Source: Fidelibacterota bacterium (lineage in GTDB: Bacteria; Fidelibacterota; Marinisomatia; Marinisomatales; TCS55). From it: DNA of 64,000 nt. This document shows, one piece after another, positions 1 through 11,100 of this stretch. Positions within the stretch are counted from its first letter, which is position 1. The number at the start of each line of letters is the position of its first letter. Both the position numbers and the translations under genes were made by a program. The stretch is taken from positions 11,775 through 75,774 of the forward strand of contig JBHHTW010000007.1 in NCBI GenBank assembly GCA_046861385.1, given 5' to 3'. Under the pieces are notes generated by a model. It saw only the letters and a list, made by a program, of their open reading frames with translations. It made no database searches and was not told the DNA's origin.

Positions 1-1179
1 AGTTAGGAATAATGAATAAATTTTATTGATCGATTTTTGCTTTAGCGTTAATTCAAATCCCGGGAATAGATTTTTATTGTCGTCAAACCATTGCAATATC
101 AGATACCTGGCAAATACATCCGTAATAAATTTATTGAATAAGAAACCGCTATTAATTGCCACTGATGAGTAAAATGAAAAATTATTTGATGTTCTTAAAA
201 GCCAATCCAGTGTAATCTCTTCATTCCCAATTTTCCCTAAAATACGATTCGTATTTAATTTCAGTAAATCTGTAATTGAAATGCCTGACATTGATTTAAC
301 GCCTTCAATGCTTTGGACAGAATCCCATAGATTATACAATTCATCATCATCTATGGAAACATCATATTTTTGATTAAGGCTCTCAATAAATTTTGAGAAA
401 CTTTCTTCTTTATAACCATATTTTCCTTTTACCAGATCTTTTTCTAATTTAGCCCGATCAATCTTTATTATATTTTTACCCTTTTTTGGAATAATTAAAT
501 CAACGATAATTACATGATATCCCATGGGTGTTTCCAATGGTCCATACAGTTTTCCCTCGGGAGAAGACCACACAACATCGTTGAAATTTTTGGGCATTAG
601 GCCAAAATTTATCTGACCCATTTCATTCCCTTTTATTTTTGAGGGCGGGGACTCGCTATAAATAGATAATGCTTCTCTATACGATACATCACCCTTAGAG
701 AGTCTGTTATAAATCGTTTTGGCCCTTTCAAATGCTTCAGCTTTAGAACGATTACTGGCTTTACCAAAAGAAAATCTGTGGGGAACAGTAATGGCTTTTA
801 CGAGAATATCTATATTGAGCGCTTTTTCTACAAAATCCAAGATACTGTCTGTAACAGTAAATTGATTTGAAATATATTTTTCTACTTCTTGAACAATGAG
901 ATCGTTTTTTAATCTGTTTTCTTCATATTCAATATTTAAATCAATTTCATTTAATACATTTTTTGGTTTCTCTGACAAAATTTTATGGACTGCATATTTT
1001 CTGATAAAGGTTCTTTTTTTTGTTGTATTTAGCTTATTAAAGTCTGTTTTATCTATACTTTTATATATTTCTGACAGATAAATATTTTTCCCTTGGATCG
1101 TTGCTGCTACATCCTTGAATCCGGAACAGGAAAAAAACAGGTAGAAAATGCTGATAAATATGGTCTTTAAGTATTTCAT
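1..1179 (-). CDS. PpiC/parvulin-type peptidyl-prolyl isomerase lipoprotein (runs off window start)
   Basis: Hand-translated from ATG at 1179: MKYLKTIFISIFYLFFSCSG (lipobox-like), later GPLETPMGYHVI (parvulin motif). Not in the ORF track because it is truncated. Confidence 0.75.
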   Translation of the reverse strand, partial: MKYLKTIFISIFYLFFSCSGFKDVAATIQGKNIYLSEIYKSIDKTDFNKLNTTKKRTFIRKYAVHKILSEKPKNVLNEIDLNIEYEENRLKNDLIVQEVEKYISNQFTVTDSILDFVEKALNIDILVKAITVPHRFSFGKASNRSKAEAFERAKTIYNRLSKGDVSYREALSIYSESPPSKIKGNEMGQINFGLMPKNFNDVVWSSPEGKLYGPLETPMGYHVIIVDLIIPKKGKNIIKIDRAKLEKDLVKGKYGYKEESFSKFIESLNQKYDVSIDDDELYNLWDSVQSIEGVKSMSGISITDLLKLNTNRILGKIGNEEITLDWLLRTSNNFSFYSSVAINSGFLFNKFITDVFARYLILQWFDDNKNLFPGFELTLKQKSINKIYSLFLT

Positions 1180-1194
1180 TAGGGCGGTGAATTT

Positions 1195-1229
1195 AAAAAA
1201 AAAGGGCGGCAATTAAGCCGCCCTTTTTT
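1195..1229. terminator. Rho-independent terminator after the 1249-3624 gene
   Basis: A9-GGGCGGC-AATTAA-GCCGCCC-T6: perfect stem with U-tracts on both sides. Confidence 0.9.
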
Positions 1230-1248
1230 ACATCATATTCTGATTTGT

Positions 1249-3624
1249 TTATTTCAGGAACATCATTTTACCGGTTAAAGCACGGTTTTGTGCTTCTACG
1301 CGATAAATGTAAACACCTGATGCAACTTGAATACCTTGACTATCGGTACCATTCCATTTCACGGACTGCAAGCCAGCTTGCATTGCACCGTTATGGATGG
1401 TTGCTACTTCTTCGCCCAGGAGTGAATAAACGGTAACCGTTACATCACTGCGAACATCAAGATTAAACGAAATGTTCGTTGTGGGGTTGAAGGGGTTCGG
1501 ATAGTTGCCTTTTAATGAGAAGGCGTCCGGTCTAACATCATTTTCAACACTTACAATAGCATTTAGATCTTCGTAAGCTTGAATCAATGGACTGGCATTT
1601 TCAGGCATATTGGCATCTGGAGAGCCGGAAATATGAACCTTAAAGTAAGATGCTCCTATCCAGTGATAACTGGGTATAGTATTCAACGCCATGGCATCAA
1701 AAGCCAAAAAGGCACTTTTACCGCCGTTACCAGCTTGACCATGGATCATAACATTATATACTTCGGAACCGGTCGGCGGATCTACTTGATCTGCGCTATC
1801 CAGTACCAGCGAATAACCGGTCATATCTACCGTGTATCCTGTGGCAGGGTCTACACCGTCCAACCAGTTGCTTCCGCCTGTTTCATAGTCGGGATCATAG
1901 TTAAGGTATAGTGAGTCTGCTAAAAATCCGGCACCTGCACTAGCAAATCCGTCTGACTCCATCATCAAGCGGGAAATACCCGACTGATCGCCTGAAGCCG
2001 CATAATTGATGTCATTATAATCAGCGGCAATCCCAAGAATGTCATATGGGAAATCCCCAGGACCATAGGTTGTATTTACCCAACCGGTGCGGGCACCAAG
2101 CCATTCATCACTGGAAACGATGTACGTTTTATCGCCGTCCCACCAAGCTGCAATCTCATCATCATTATTAAAATACGGACCTGTACCAGCCAACTCAACA
2201 ATGGTTGAATAGTTTACGGTTAATTCATCAACAATACCGCCATAGCTGGCATCCCAGATATCAAACGGTTCGCCGCCCCAATAAAAATAGAGGTAGGACG
2301 AATATAGAATCGATCCGTAAAGGGCATCCTGGTTATTGAAAATCAAGTCGTTTCCTGCTGTCGCTTCAAATATGAAGTATGAGAAGGGACTTGACGTCGT
2401 AGACAAATCACTCCCGTCTGTCGCCGTTATGGACCAGTATACAAATGTACCTGGAGATTGTCCGGGAATTTCAGCTTCCCATGTTCCATCTTCGGCTGTT
2501 CCATCTGTCATCGTCATTGTAACCGTATTGACTGGTGCAGTCAGTGAATCCAATTGATAATCCAAAGTAACAGATGCTACGCCTGCTGTTCCGCCACTTG
2601 GGTTATCATCTGTGATGGTACAACTAACTGAACGAGCAGCTGTTGATAATGTCGTCGGTAATGCATCTACACTTGTAAACACAGGACCGCGATCACCCGT
2701 TAGATCTACAGCAAGTTCGAAGTCAAACATCCAGTGGCGAATATGCCATCCACCATTACCTGAAGTTCCACCGCATTCATTGTAGAATTTGATCGATACC
2801 CACGGGTCAACCACACCATCGCCAGAAGCATAAAAGAACCCTGTTGGTTCATCTGCGCTGCCGTCACCTGTTCCGGTAAAAGCAACCATTATGCCAACCC
2901 AGTCTCCTTGCAGCAAGTCAACTTCACTGCCGAAGTCTGCAAGATTTATCCAGTTAGATGTACTTCCGCCCACGGCGAAATCCGGGTTATTTGTTGGGTC
3001 AAGTGTCGCTGCACTAAAACCATCCGGCCACAACAAACCCATTAAGGGTGTTCCTGGAGGTCCGGCAGCCGCAGCTGTAAGTCCAAGAGGATCATGTGCT
3101 CCAGCAACAACTTCGTCACCAGTATCACAAACACCCGCAGTTCCGCCAGGAGTATAGGTTGTACCTTCAATGGACATGTAACCGGTAGATGCATCCATAT
3201 CATAACCACCAATCCATCCGTCGCCATCTACAGCGTCAGATGAATATAAGTTACCGTCTGCATCATACGGATACGAGAGTTTATGCAGAGAGACCGTTAG
3301 CTGCTGGTCTCCGGTTCCCCATTCATATACAGGAATGTTCACTGCCTTTATTGTAGCATCAGCCGTCATTTGAAATGCGGTAATCATCGCATCTCCTGGG
3401 GACTGTATAAATTGTCCTCCCCAGCCGCCTGGTGGCTGATAAGCCATTGTATCGGCCGTACCTCGGCTCATGGATTGAGCGCCGGACGGCATGAGTCTAA
3501 ACATATTGTTTACTTTTCTTATATCATGGTTTCTGTTCACGCCTTGACCCTTGACAATTTCTTTTGCCGGAAGGATGGCTACAGAAACCAATGCAATAAG
3601 AAATATTAACATGTTTCTTTTCAT
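1249..3624 (-). CDS. Secreted protein with C-terminal FlgD-Ig / T9SS type A sorting domain
   Basis: Signal peptide MKRNMLIFLIALVSVAILPA after an AGGAGA RBS (start moved to 3624). C-terminus NYPNPFNPTTNISF...WNGTD...VASGVYIYRV...KMMFLK. Acidic, Gly-rich body. Confidence 0.85.
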   Translation of the reverse strand: MKRNMLIFLIALVSVAILPAKEIVKGQGVNRNHDIRKVNNMFRLMPSGAQSMSRGTADTMAYQPPGGWGGQFIQSPGDAMITAFQMTADATIKAVNIPVYEWGTGDQQLTVSLHKLSYPYDADGNLYSSDAVDGDGWIGGYDMDASTGYMSIEGTTYTPGGTAGVCDTGDEVVAGAHDPLGLTAAAAGPPGTPLMGLLWPDGFSAATLDPTNNPDFAVGGSTSNWINLADFGSEVDLLQGDWVGIMVAFTGTGDGSADEPTGFFYASGDGVVDPWVSIKFYNECGGTSGNGGWHIRHWMFDFELAVDLTGDRGPVFTSVDALPTTLSTAARSVSCTITDDNPSGGTAGVASVTLDYQLDSLTAPVNTVTMTMTDGTAEDGTWEAEIPGQSPGTFVYWSITATDGSDLSTTSSPFSYFIFEATAGNDLIFNNQDALYGSILYSSYLYFYWGGEPFDIWDASYGGIVDELTVNYSTIVELAGTGPYFNNDDEIAAWWDGDKTYIVSSDEWLGARTGWVNTTYGPGDFPYDILGIAADYNDINYAASGDQSGISRLMMESDGFASAGAGFLADSLYLNYDPDYETGGSNWLDGVDPATGYTVDMTGYSLVLDSADQVDPPTGSEVYNVMIHGQAGNGGKSAFLAFDAMALNTIPSYHWIGASYFKVHISGSPDANMPENASPLIQAYEDLNAIVSVENDVRPDAFSLKGNYPNPFNPTTNISFNLDVRSDVTVTVYSLLGEEVATIHNGAMQAGLQSVKWNGTDSQGIQVASGVYIYRVEAQNRALTGKMMFLK

Positions 3625-3714
3625 TAGTTTCTCCTTTTTTCTTTCTTGCAAGAAAGACGACAACAGTCAAAAAATGTATGACTGTCGTTTTTCGTCTTCA
3701 TTTTTTTCGATCAG

Positions 3715-4821
3715 TTAAAAAGTGGCTTTTATCGTTAACCAGCTAACACCGTCGAAATATTCTGCTGTCCTATGGGCATAATCAACGGACAGCCCTAAAC
3801 CTGTTAATTTTGACAAATCCAATCCAAAACCAAACGACGGTCCCCACATAAATTCCTCAGTACCATATTCAAATTGATCATCGGCATTGTCGTCTTGAGT
3901 GTCCTGCACTCCGTCCGCACCATAGGGTTCCGGATCAAATCCAATAGCAAGACCGCTGCGCAAATATAATATATCCATCATATTAACTTGCACACCAAAT
4001 CGATATTCATCAAAATAAAAATTATTGTTTAAAAATGACCCCGAGAAAAGAACGTGGGCAGGCCCAAGAGCAATGGGACCGTAAGACACTCCCAATTCTA
4101 ATGTCGTTGGCATTTCAAATTCCTGTAAAGTAATACGCCGCGGTTCGGTGGGTGTCCCGGGGTCGGTTCCAAAGGGATCCACAAATTCTTCCAAGTCTGA
4201 TCCTGTAAAAATCATATTTAATCCCAGATTTTTTAAAGATGCCCCTAATCGGATACCATTACTACTGGACGCATATTGAACACCGGCATCAAGGACTGCC
4301 CCCGATGCACTTTCTTTCATAATGGTTTCTGATACAATTTTAAAATCAAAACCAAACGATATACGGTCTGTCATTTTACGAGCGAACAGAAAACCAATAT
4401 TCACAAAGCTGGGAGAAAACATTTCTCCTGTTCCGGCAGTTGCTTCCATGGTCGTAACGGGGATATCACCAAAATCCAAAGATTTAAATGTGATCCCAAA
4501 TACATTTTTTCCACCAAGTCCAGACGCAACCCCAAAGTATGAAACTCCGATGTCATTTAGCCAAGTAGCGCGAGAAAACATTGCTTCACCCGTGCCGCTG
4601 ATTCTTGCAAGGCCTGCGATATTCCATTCTACTGCCTCAATCCCTGAAATGCCGGCAACATTTGCCCCGGCCATTGCTGTGCCGCTTGAGCCAACAGGAA
4701 TCAGAAGTTCTTGAGCCCCAGCCGTACCGCTTCGGTTTTTACTCCCTGCGTTCATTTGAACACAAAAAAGTAAAAAGACGGTTAATAGTAATCCAAATCG
4801 AGCTTGATATTTATTCATCAT
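3715..4821 (-). CDS. PorV/PorQ-family outer-membrane beta-barrel
   Basis: GTAGAQELLIPVG..TAMAGA N-terminal motif, LDFGDIPVTT, terminal Phe; GGAG RBS before ATG 4821. Confidence 0.85.
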   Translation of the reverse strand: MMNKYQARFGLLLTVFLLFCVQMNAGSKNRSGTAGAQELLIPVGSSGTAMAGANVAGISGIEAVEWNIAGLARISGTGEAMFSRATWLNDIGVSYFGVASGLGGKNVFGITFKSLDFGDIPVTTMEATAGTGEMFSPSFVNIGFLFARKMTDRISFGFDFKIVSETIMKESASGAVLDAGVQYASSSNGIRLGASLKNLGLNMIFTGSDLEEFVDPFGTDPGTPTEPRRITLQEFEMPTTLELGVSYGPIALGPAHVLFSGSFLNNNFYFDEYRFGVQVNMMDILYLRSGLAIGFDPEPYGADGVQDTQDDNADDQFEYGTEEFMWGPSFGFGLDLSKLTGLGLSVDYAHRTAEYFDGVSWLTIKATF

Positions 4822-4840
4822 CAATTCTCCCACAATCTTA

Positions 4841-7800
4841 TTAATAAATGTCCAGGCGCTCTTCAGGTTGGAAGATTGCCAATTTTAATACTTTTGATCC
4901 ATTACCAATTGATTTACCATTAGAATCTTTCAAATCCAAATGAACCAGGTATATACCGCTTGCAACAGGGACTCCGGCTCTATTCCGCAAATCCCAAACG
5001 GCTCGTCTGTCGCTATCATTTTCTGAGTCAATCGTATGCTCGAATTTTGCTACGAGCGCCCCGGCCAATGTGAATATCCGTATGGTGGTGGTTCCAACCC
5101 CAAGTTGAGTAAAATATACCTTACGGTCTAATGGATTGTTTTCTTCCCAGTTTGTTCCAAAATATGGATTTGGATAAACAGAAATCTCATCCATTTGTGT
5201 TTTTTGAAGAGCCTTATCCGAACTTGTCAAGCCGGACCCTTCAAAACTATACACATCTGTCCCGGGAATAGTTGGGTTATTAAATTTCACCTGGAATACA
5301 TTTCCACTTTCAAACGCGGTTGAGCCCTTATTGAATTTCAGCATCCAGCCAATTACGTCTGCATCGGCATCAAAGGCATAGGCGTCGGATGCAGTCGAGG
5401 GGTTACTGTATGCCTGATAAACGGGCATAATGAAAATGTTCTTAGTAAACTCATAACTTCCGGGATAATCTTCGCTTTCTGCATAGAAAGGCGTTGATCC
5501 GGCAACTTGATATATGGCCACGTCAATCTGAGTTGAGTCTTCCAGTGTCCACAATTCAAAGGGAATATCAACCACATCTGTTACCGTAAGAATTGAGTTA
5601 TAGTAAGTCGCCTTGGATCCGCTGTCAGTAAAACGAAATTCAACATCCAACTGCAATTTTGTTTTGTCCGGTCTTCCGGATGGCGGCGATACAGGAAGAT
5701 TTTCTATATAACCCGCCCATGTACCGTCAGATGATCCGGGATTGATGCCGCCAAATACGATTTCAGTAGAATCAAAATCATCTGTAACCGTTACCGCGTC
5801 CGAATAAGTTGCCGGCGCATCAAAAGTGGCATTTTCTGATGTCAATATAAAACCATCAATGATTTCTAAATTTACTTCTTGTCCCGCAGTGTCCAATCCG
5901 AGTTCCTCATAATAATCTACAGAAACAGGGAAGTTTCTCCCAGATGACAATGTATCGGATTCATCTGTATCAATCAGATACCACATACTTGTTGAATCCG
6001 TCACTTCAGCAAAATTGATTTCATACTCATGGCCTGTTAAAAGATACGGGTCAATTACAGTTGGAATAAATGAAGCATCAGAAATACCTGTTGCATTTGT
6101 TGTCGTCAATATATCAGAATGTTCTGATTGTAAATCGGCCCCTAAACCGGAGACTCCAGGAACTGCGGTTAATGGTTTAAATGCACTTTCGATTGTCACC
6201 GGAGCCGTTTCTTTATCATACGCATATGATGTGACAGAAAAATAATATTGACGATTATTAATTAATTGTGAGTTCCGTACAGCATCGTTGGTAATTTCGA
6301 TAAAATGCTTCACGCCGGAATCTTCACCGAATTGAACCGGTTTTGATAGCAATAACCCTGTTTCCAAATCCAAGGTTTCGTCAGTGATCACTTTAATGTC
6401 ATCCACAAGATCGTATGTTTTTATCAATTGCCACGGGCCAACGGCCGATTCGCCCTGATACACATTGTATCCCTGGAATTCATATCCTAAGCAGGTATAT
6501 CCAATCACTTCTTCCGCATTCGCTTCCCAGGATAAAATTATTTTCTCATCTAATTGAGAAACAGCTACTTTTGGAGCCGGTGGGCCGCATAGGTCAAAAT
6601 TACTGTCAAAAGCATTTTGGGCAAATTTATCAAAGTATTTGAAGACCCGAATTGATGTTAACGCATCCGGTCCTCCCGCTTCTAATAAGCAGCCAACCAC
6701 TTCTTGTTTATCCCCGGGAGCCATGGTAAAAGGACCCGAGGTCATTAAAAACCTGCGGTCACCGGAAGGATGTTCGTCACTGTCAAGCCAGCCGGTGCCT
6801 GTAACAGGGTCACCACTTGCAACAAATACACCCGGGAGACCCGTCGAAGGATCTATATAATCGGAACCATCAATCCCAACCAATCCATTCATATAATTAT
6901 AAGTTTCCTCGGCAGTTTCTGGATCTCCAAAACGATCATCTCCACGTATATATTTTACAAAACTGGTGAGGGGGAGCATTTTTTTATCGTACACTTTCTT
7001 TTGGTAATATCCCGTAACCGGGTTGCCTTCATTATCCACTCCCGTTGAATCTAAGTCCCATGTTAACAATTCAGCGGAATCACCGGGGGAATCTACCAAC
7101 GGACCTTGAAAAAAATCTGATCCGGATACAGGAGCAGCCACACCGTAAGTGGCATCCCGTCCGTCATTAAATGTATATCCAACACTCAAAATTGTATCGC
7201 AAGCAACAAAATCATCATTTGCATCACCCACATCATCATCGTGCCAAATGGAAACAAACATGGAATCAATGGTGTCTGTTCCTTTATTTTCTATCACCCA
7301 TCTTACAAACATGGTGTTGCCCAAAGCGTCGTTAGGCGCCCGATCAAAACCAAACAAGGTTGTCTGTACGTCAATATTGAGTGGAAGGGTTGCCCACAAA
7401 CCCGCATGTTCAGTTGAACCGCCGTCATTCATAATATACCAGTGAAATTGGTCTCCTAAAATATCTGGGAAATCGACCGTATAATCATATAAACCATCGC
7501 CATCAACATCAATATAGGGGGCGCCATCATCTACCGGCCATTCTCTGTAATCTTTTGTTGGGATAGTAATGGTTTCAGCTGACCCATCATTATTCAGATC
7601 GAATTCCGCCGTACTGTTTCCAGCTTTCATCCCATCAATTTCAGCTTTAAAGATTCTATAAATACGATACTTTGAATCGTTAGGATCTCCATCTAGTGTC
7701 CCGGGTCTGAATTCCCGGGTATATTCCGCGGCTGCTGTACGAATACTGCCATCAACCATTCCCGCCATCCAAATACCCGATGCAAAAACCGCTGTTTTTC

Positions 7801-8050
7801 CACTGCCTTTTGGCCATTCCAACCCGGAATCTCCAGTTGCATTATGATCCACCACCGCGCCGTTATTTCGATGATAGGTAGAAATTTGATTTCCATCCCA
7901 GAGTTCAAATTCCAACACCGCTGATTTTGCCATTCTTTCCCGCCAGCTTGCTTCACTTTCTGTTCGTTTTTCACCTCGAACCGGTAGAACCGCGAAAGCA
8001 AGAAATGTAACCAGAAGCGTTAAATTTAGTTTTTTGTTTCCAAAATCCAT
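4841..8050 (-). CDS. Large secreted protein with T9SS-like C-terminal domain
   Basis: Signal peptide; GLEWPKGSGK..VFASGIW; GDRRFLMTSGPFTMAPG; FN3-like segment; C-terminal ISVYPNPY...IRIFTLAGALV...WDLRN..G.PVASGIY. Confidence 0.8.
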   Translation of the reverse strand: MDFGNKKLNLTLLVTFLAFAVLPVRGEKRTESEASWRERMAKSAVLEFELWDGNQISTYHRNNGAVVDHNATGDSGLEWPKGSGKTAVFASGIWMAGMVDGSIRTAAAEYTREFRPGTLDGDPNDSKYRIYRIFKAEIDGMKAGNSTAEFDLNNDGSAETITIPTKDYREWPVDDGAPYIDVDGDGLYDYTVDFPDILGDQFHWYIMNDGGSTEHAGLWATLPLNIDVQTTLFGFDRAPNDALGNTMFVRWVIENKGTDTIDSMFVSIWHDDDVGDANDDFVACDTILSVGYTFNDGRDATYGVAAPVSGSDFFQGPLVDSPGDSAELLTWDLDSTGVDNEGNPVTGYYQKKVYDKKMLPLTSFVKYIRGDDRFGDPETAEETYNYMNGLVGIDGSDYIDPSTGLPGVFVASGDPVTGTGWLDSDEHPSGDRRFLMTSGPFTMAPGDKQEVVGCLLEAGGPDALTSIRVFKYFDKFAQNAFDSNFDLCGPPAPKVAVSQLDEKIILSWEANAEEVIGYTCLGYEFQGYNVYQGESAVGPWQLIKTYDLVDDIKVITDETLDLETGLLLSKPVQFGEDSGVKHFIEITNDAVRNSQLINNRQYYFSVTSYAYDKETAPVTIESAFKPLTAVPGVSGLGADLQSEHSDILTTTNATGISDASFIPTVIDPYLLTGHEYEINFAEVTDSTSMWYLIDTDESDTLSSGRNFPVSVDYYEELGLDTAGQEVNLEIIDGFILTSENATFDAPATYSDAVTVTDDFDSTEIVFGGINPGSSDGTWAGYIENLPVSPPSGRPDKTKLQLDVEFRFTDSGSKATYYNSILTVTDVVDIPFELWTLEDSTQIDVAIYQVAGSTPFYAESEDYPGSYEFTKNIFIMPVYQAYSNPSTASDAYAFDADADVIGWMLKFNKGSTAFESGNVFQVKFNNPTIPGTDVYSFEGSGLTSSDKALQKTQMDEISVYPNPYFGTNWEENNPLDRKVYFTQLGVGTTTIRIFTLAGALVAKFEHTIDSENDSDRRAVWDLRNRAGVPVASGIYLVHLDLKDSNGKSIGNGSKVLKLAIFQPEERLDIY

Positions 8051-8101
8051 GAAGTATTCTCCTTCAACCAATCGTTGTTTTAATTATTTATTCCCTTTTT
8101 T

Positions 8102-11100
8102 CTACAGATTTATTCTTAAACCAAACCGAATCTGCCTTGGGGCTCCCCAATTATATGGATGGGAAATTTTCGCATTATATAAATCAGCCCCAATCGATTC
8201 TCCATATTTATCCAGCCACACAGCTTTTCCCTCTGCCGTGGATAACCAATTATCGTTCCCCGGCTCACCAGTTGCCGCATAAACATCTTTAACAATCTCA
8301 CTGTTAAAGACATTTTCAACTTGCAGATACACATTTAACCTTGTCCCCATCAAATTAAATCCTTTATCAATCTGAAGGCCAACATTAAAGTTTGCCGGCA
8401 TTACACCGGTATTCAGACCGGCAATAGGCCTGGACGGATCGCTTGTTTGGAATACCTCTGATCGGATGTGCGATGGGGTGAAACGTGTGCCTGATCCAAA
8501 TTCCGCAAGAATATTCACTCCGAAATTTGAGAGTAATCCGCTGTGATCGCCCGTGCGATAATCAATGGTGATATTTCCAGTGTGTCGCTGATCAAACTCC
8601 AGGGGTGATACAAACGTCGGGGAGTTTCCACTTTGCCATGCAATGGTATACTGCCTGGTGGAGTTTGAACCTGTCCCTCCGGCGTAGGATAATGTATAAT
8701 TTGCATTGACCTGTACGTTATTGATTCGCCGCATACCAAAAGCGAACGACAAACCTTTGACGGTGCCATAATCACCATTCACGTATACTGCATAATTTAG
8801 CGGATAAGCCGCCCCAGTTACGTCGGTTACATTACGAATGGTTACATAGCCGGACATTTGCTTATAAAAAACGGTCGCGTCAACGCTGATATCATTGGTA
8901 ATCAGCTGTTTAAAACCAAGTTCATATTGGGTGGTGATAACCGGCTGTAGGTCCGGATTTCCGCTGGTGGTATAGTTTCCTTGCTGCATGTTTGCCAAGA
9001 ATCTTGTATAGCTAATGAACATGCGGTTTAATTCGGGTTGCTGAATGAATTTTCCATACTGAGCATGAAAAACTGTTTTATCCGTTACCGGAAAAGCCAT
9101 GCCGACTCTCGGGCTTAATAGCGTTCTTACCTCTGATTTGATTTGGAGAGGCTTACCGGTGGCATCGTAGGCTGTGGGAGTCAGGCTTCGATATTTATCA
9201 TCGCTGTCTGCTTCGCCATTTTCATTGGTGTCATCTAAATAAACTGTTTCTGCCAATTGACCGGTTTTGCTGTCAATAATTATATTCAGTGCGCCGCCGG
9301 TTTCCGGATTGAACCGCTTATTATCCGGATCAATTCGATCATATCTTAGCCCAAGATTCAATATTAAATCTTTTAGTTCCAGTTTATCTTGTATGTACAC
9401 GGCGGAAATCAAAGGGTTTCTTGCTCCGTCTAATCCGCTATCTAATTTTTTTTGCCCCGTTAAATCATACCCAATATTATCTGCATAAGCATTCATATAT
9501 GCATCAAAAATAGATTTATCGTAATACGTATCATATTCTTCACTGCTGATTGCGTCATTTTCATCTGTATCCCAAGAAGTACCAATTAGGGAATCTTTTT
9601 GAGCAGCTGAATACGGCGCAGTCTGCTGCAGCGTTGAAGCCAGCCTCATGGGGGCAAGAATTCGATAATAACGAATTGTATATTTTCGATGGTCAATACC
9701 GGCTTTTATTTCATGACGTCCCATCTGTTTTGTAATAGATCCTGTAATTCCTAAATGACTCATATCCTGTTTTGTATAGTCATCCCATACGCGACCGGCA
9801 AAAGCAAACTGAGCGACTGAATCAGCCAATCCCGGTCTTGTCCCGGCGGTTGGAAGTAAAGGCGTTACCCAAGATTCCGCCGCATAATCATATCGCTTTC
9901 CGTATTGCAGAAATGGATATATGTCACTTTCTGAACCATCATCAAAAAGAAATTTTCCATTTCCTTCGCCAAATAAGGGGTCGTATTCTTCATACTGATC
10001 ACTAAACTTGCTAACCTGAAAAGAAAGATATGTATTCTTTGCCAAAGCTCCTGTCAATCGGGCATATAAGGTTGATGTGGACGATTCGTTCTTTGGAAAA
10101 CGGAGTTTTAACGACCCGTTATCATTGTAATAATTAAACAAACTGAAGCTATGAATATATGAACTGCGTTCTTCACTGAAAAAAGAGCCGCCTGTTTTCA
10201 ATTTGAGCGGCAGGCCAATTAAGTCCTTAAAATTCACAACAACATTCCCATTCAACATAGAGCGGGTAGATCCGTTGTTAGGCAAGGGTCCGTTCTGATA
10301 TTCAATATCATCGCCTGAAACATGAAATGCATCATACTTCCCATTTCCATTTGCATCAACATACTCTTCTGCCTCTTCCTGTAATGGTCCGATTTTTGGA
10401 TTTGAGTAAACGGTGCCATCATCCACCCAGTAATTTTTGTCATCCCAAACACCATTTCCATTGGCATCCGTAAACTCTTCGCCGTTGGCAGGCAACCCTG
10501 TTGTTTGATCCAGATCACCGGTATAAACGGGATGGGTCCCCCAAGAGCTATTTGCATCATCCAAATTTTTGAATTCTCCTGCAAATGAATAACGTATAGC
10601 ATTTATACCCGGGACAGGCCCGGATACGGAACCGGAAAGTAAATTATACCCATAGGAAAAGGCTGATGGATCTCCTGATGTCGGAAGACCTGCATCTGTT
10701 AAACTTTCAAAGGAAGCCTGGAGTTTTTCACGCCCCTCCTTTGTTGTGGCGCTAATAATACCGGAATTTGCAGATCCGTATTCGGCATTAAACCCGCCTG
10801 CCTGAAAGGATATTTCTTCTAATGCTGTATTAGGGACTTCCATTGTGCCCCTGGCAGGAGTTGCGGCTATCCCTCCGCTTGAAGTACCGGAGGCGCCTAT
10901 ACTTGAATATGGATTATTTACATAAACGCCATCAATATAATATCCAACTTCATCGGTTCGTCCACCGCGGACATGGAGATCGCCACCTGTGCTGACGACG
11001 CCCGTTTGCAAAGAGGCAATTGAGTTATATCCTCGCAAAGGCATATTTTGAATATCTTCGGACCGAATAACGCGTACTTCGTTTGTCGCATTGATTTCTA

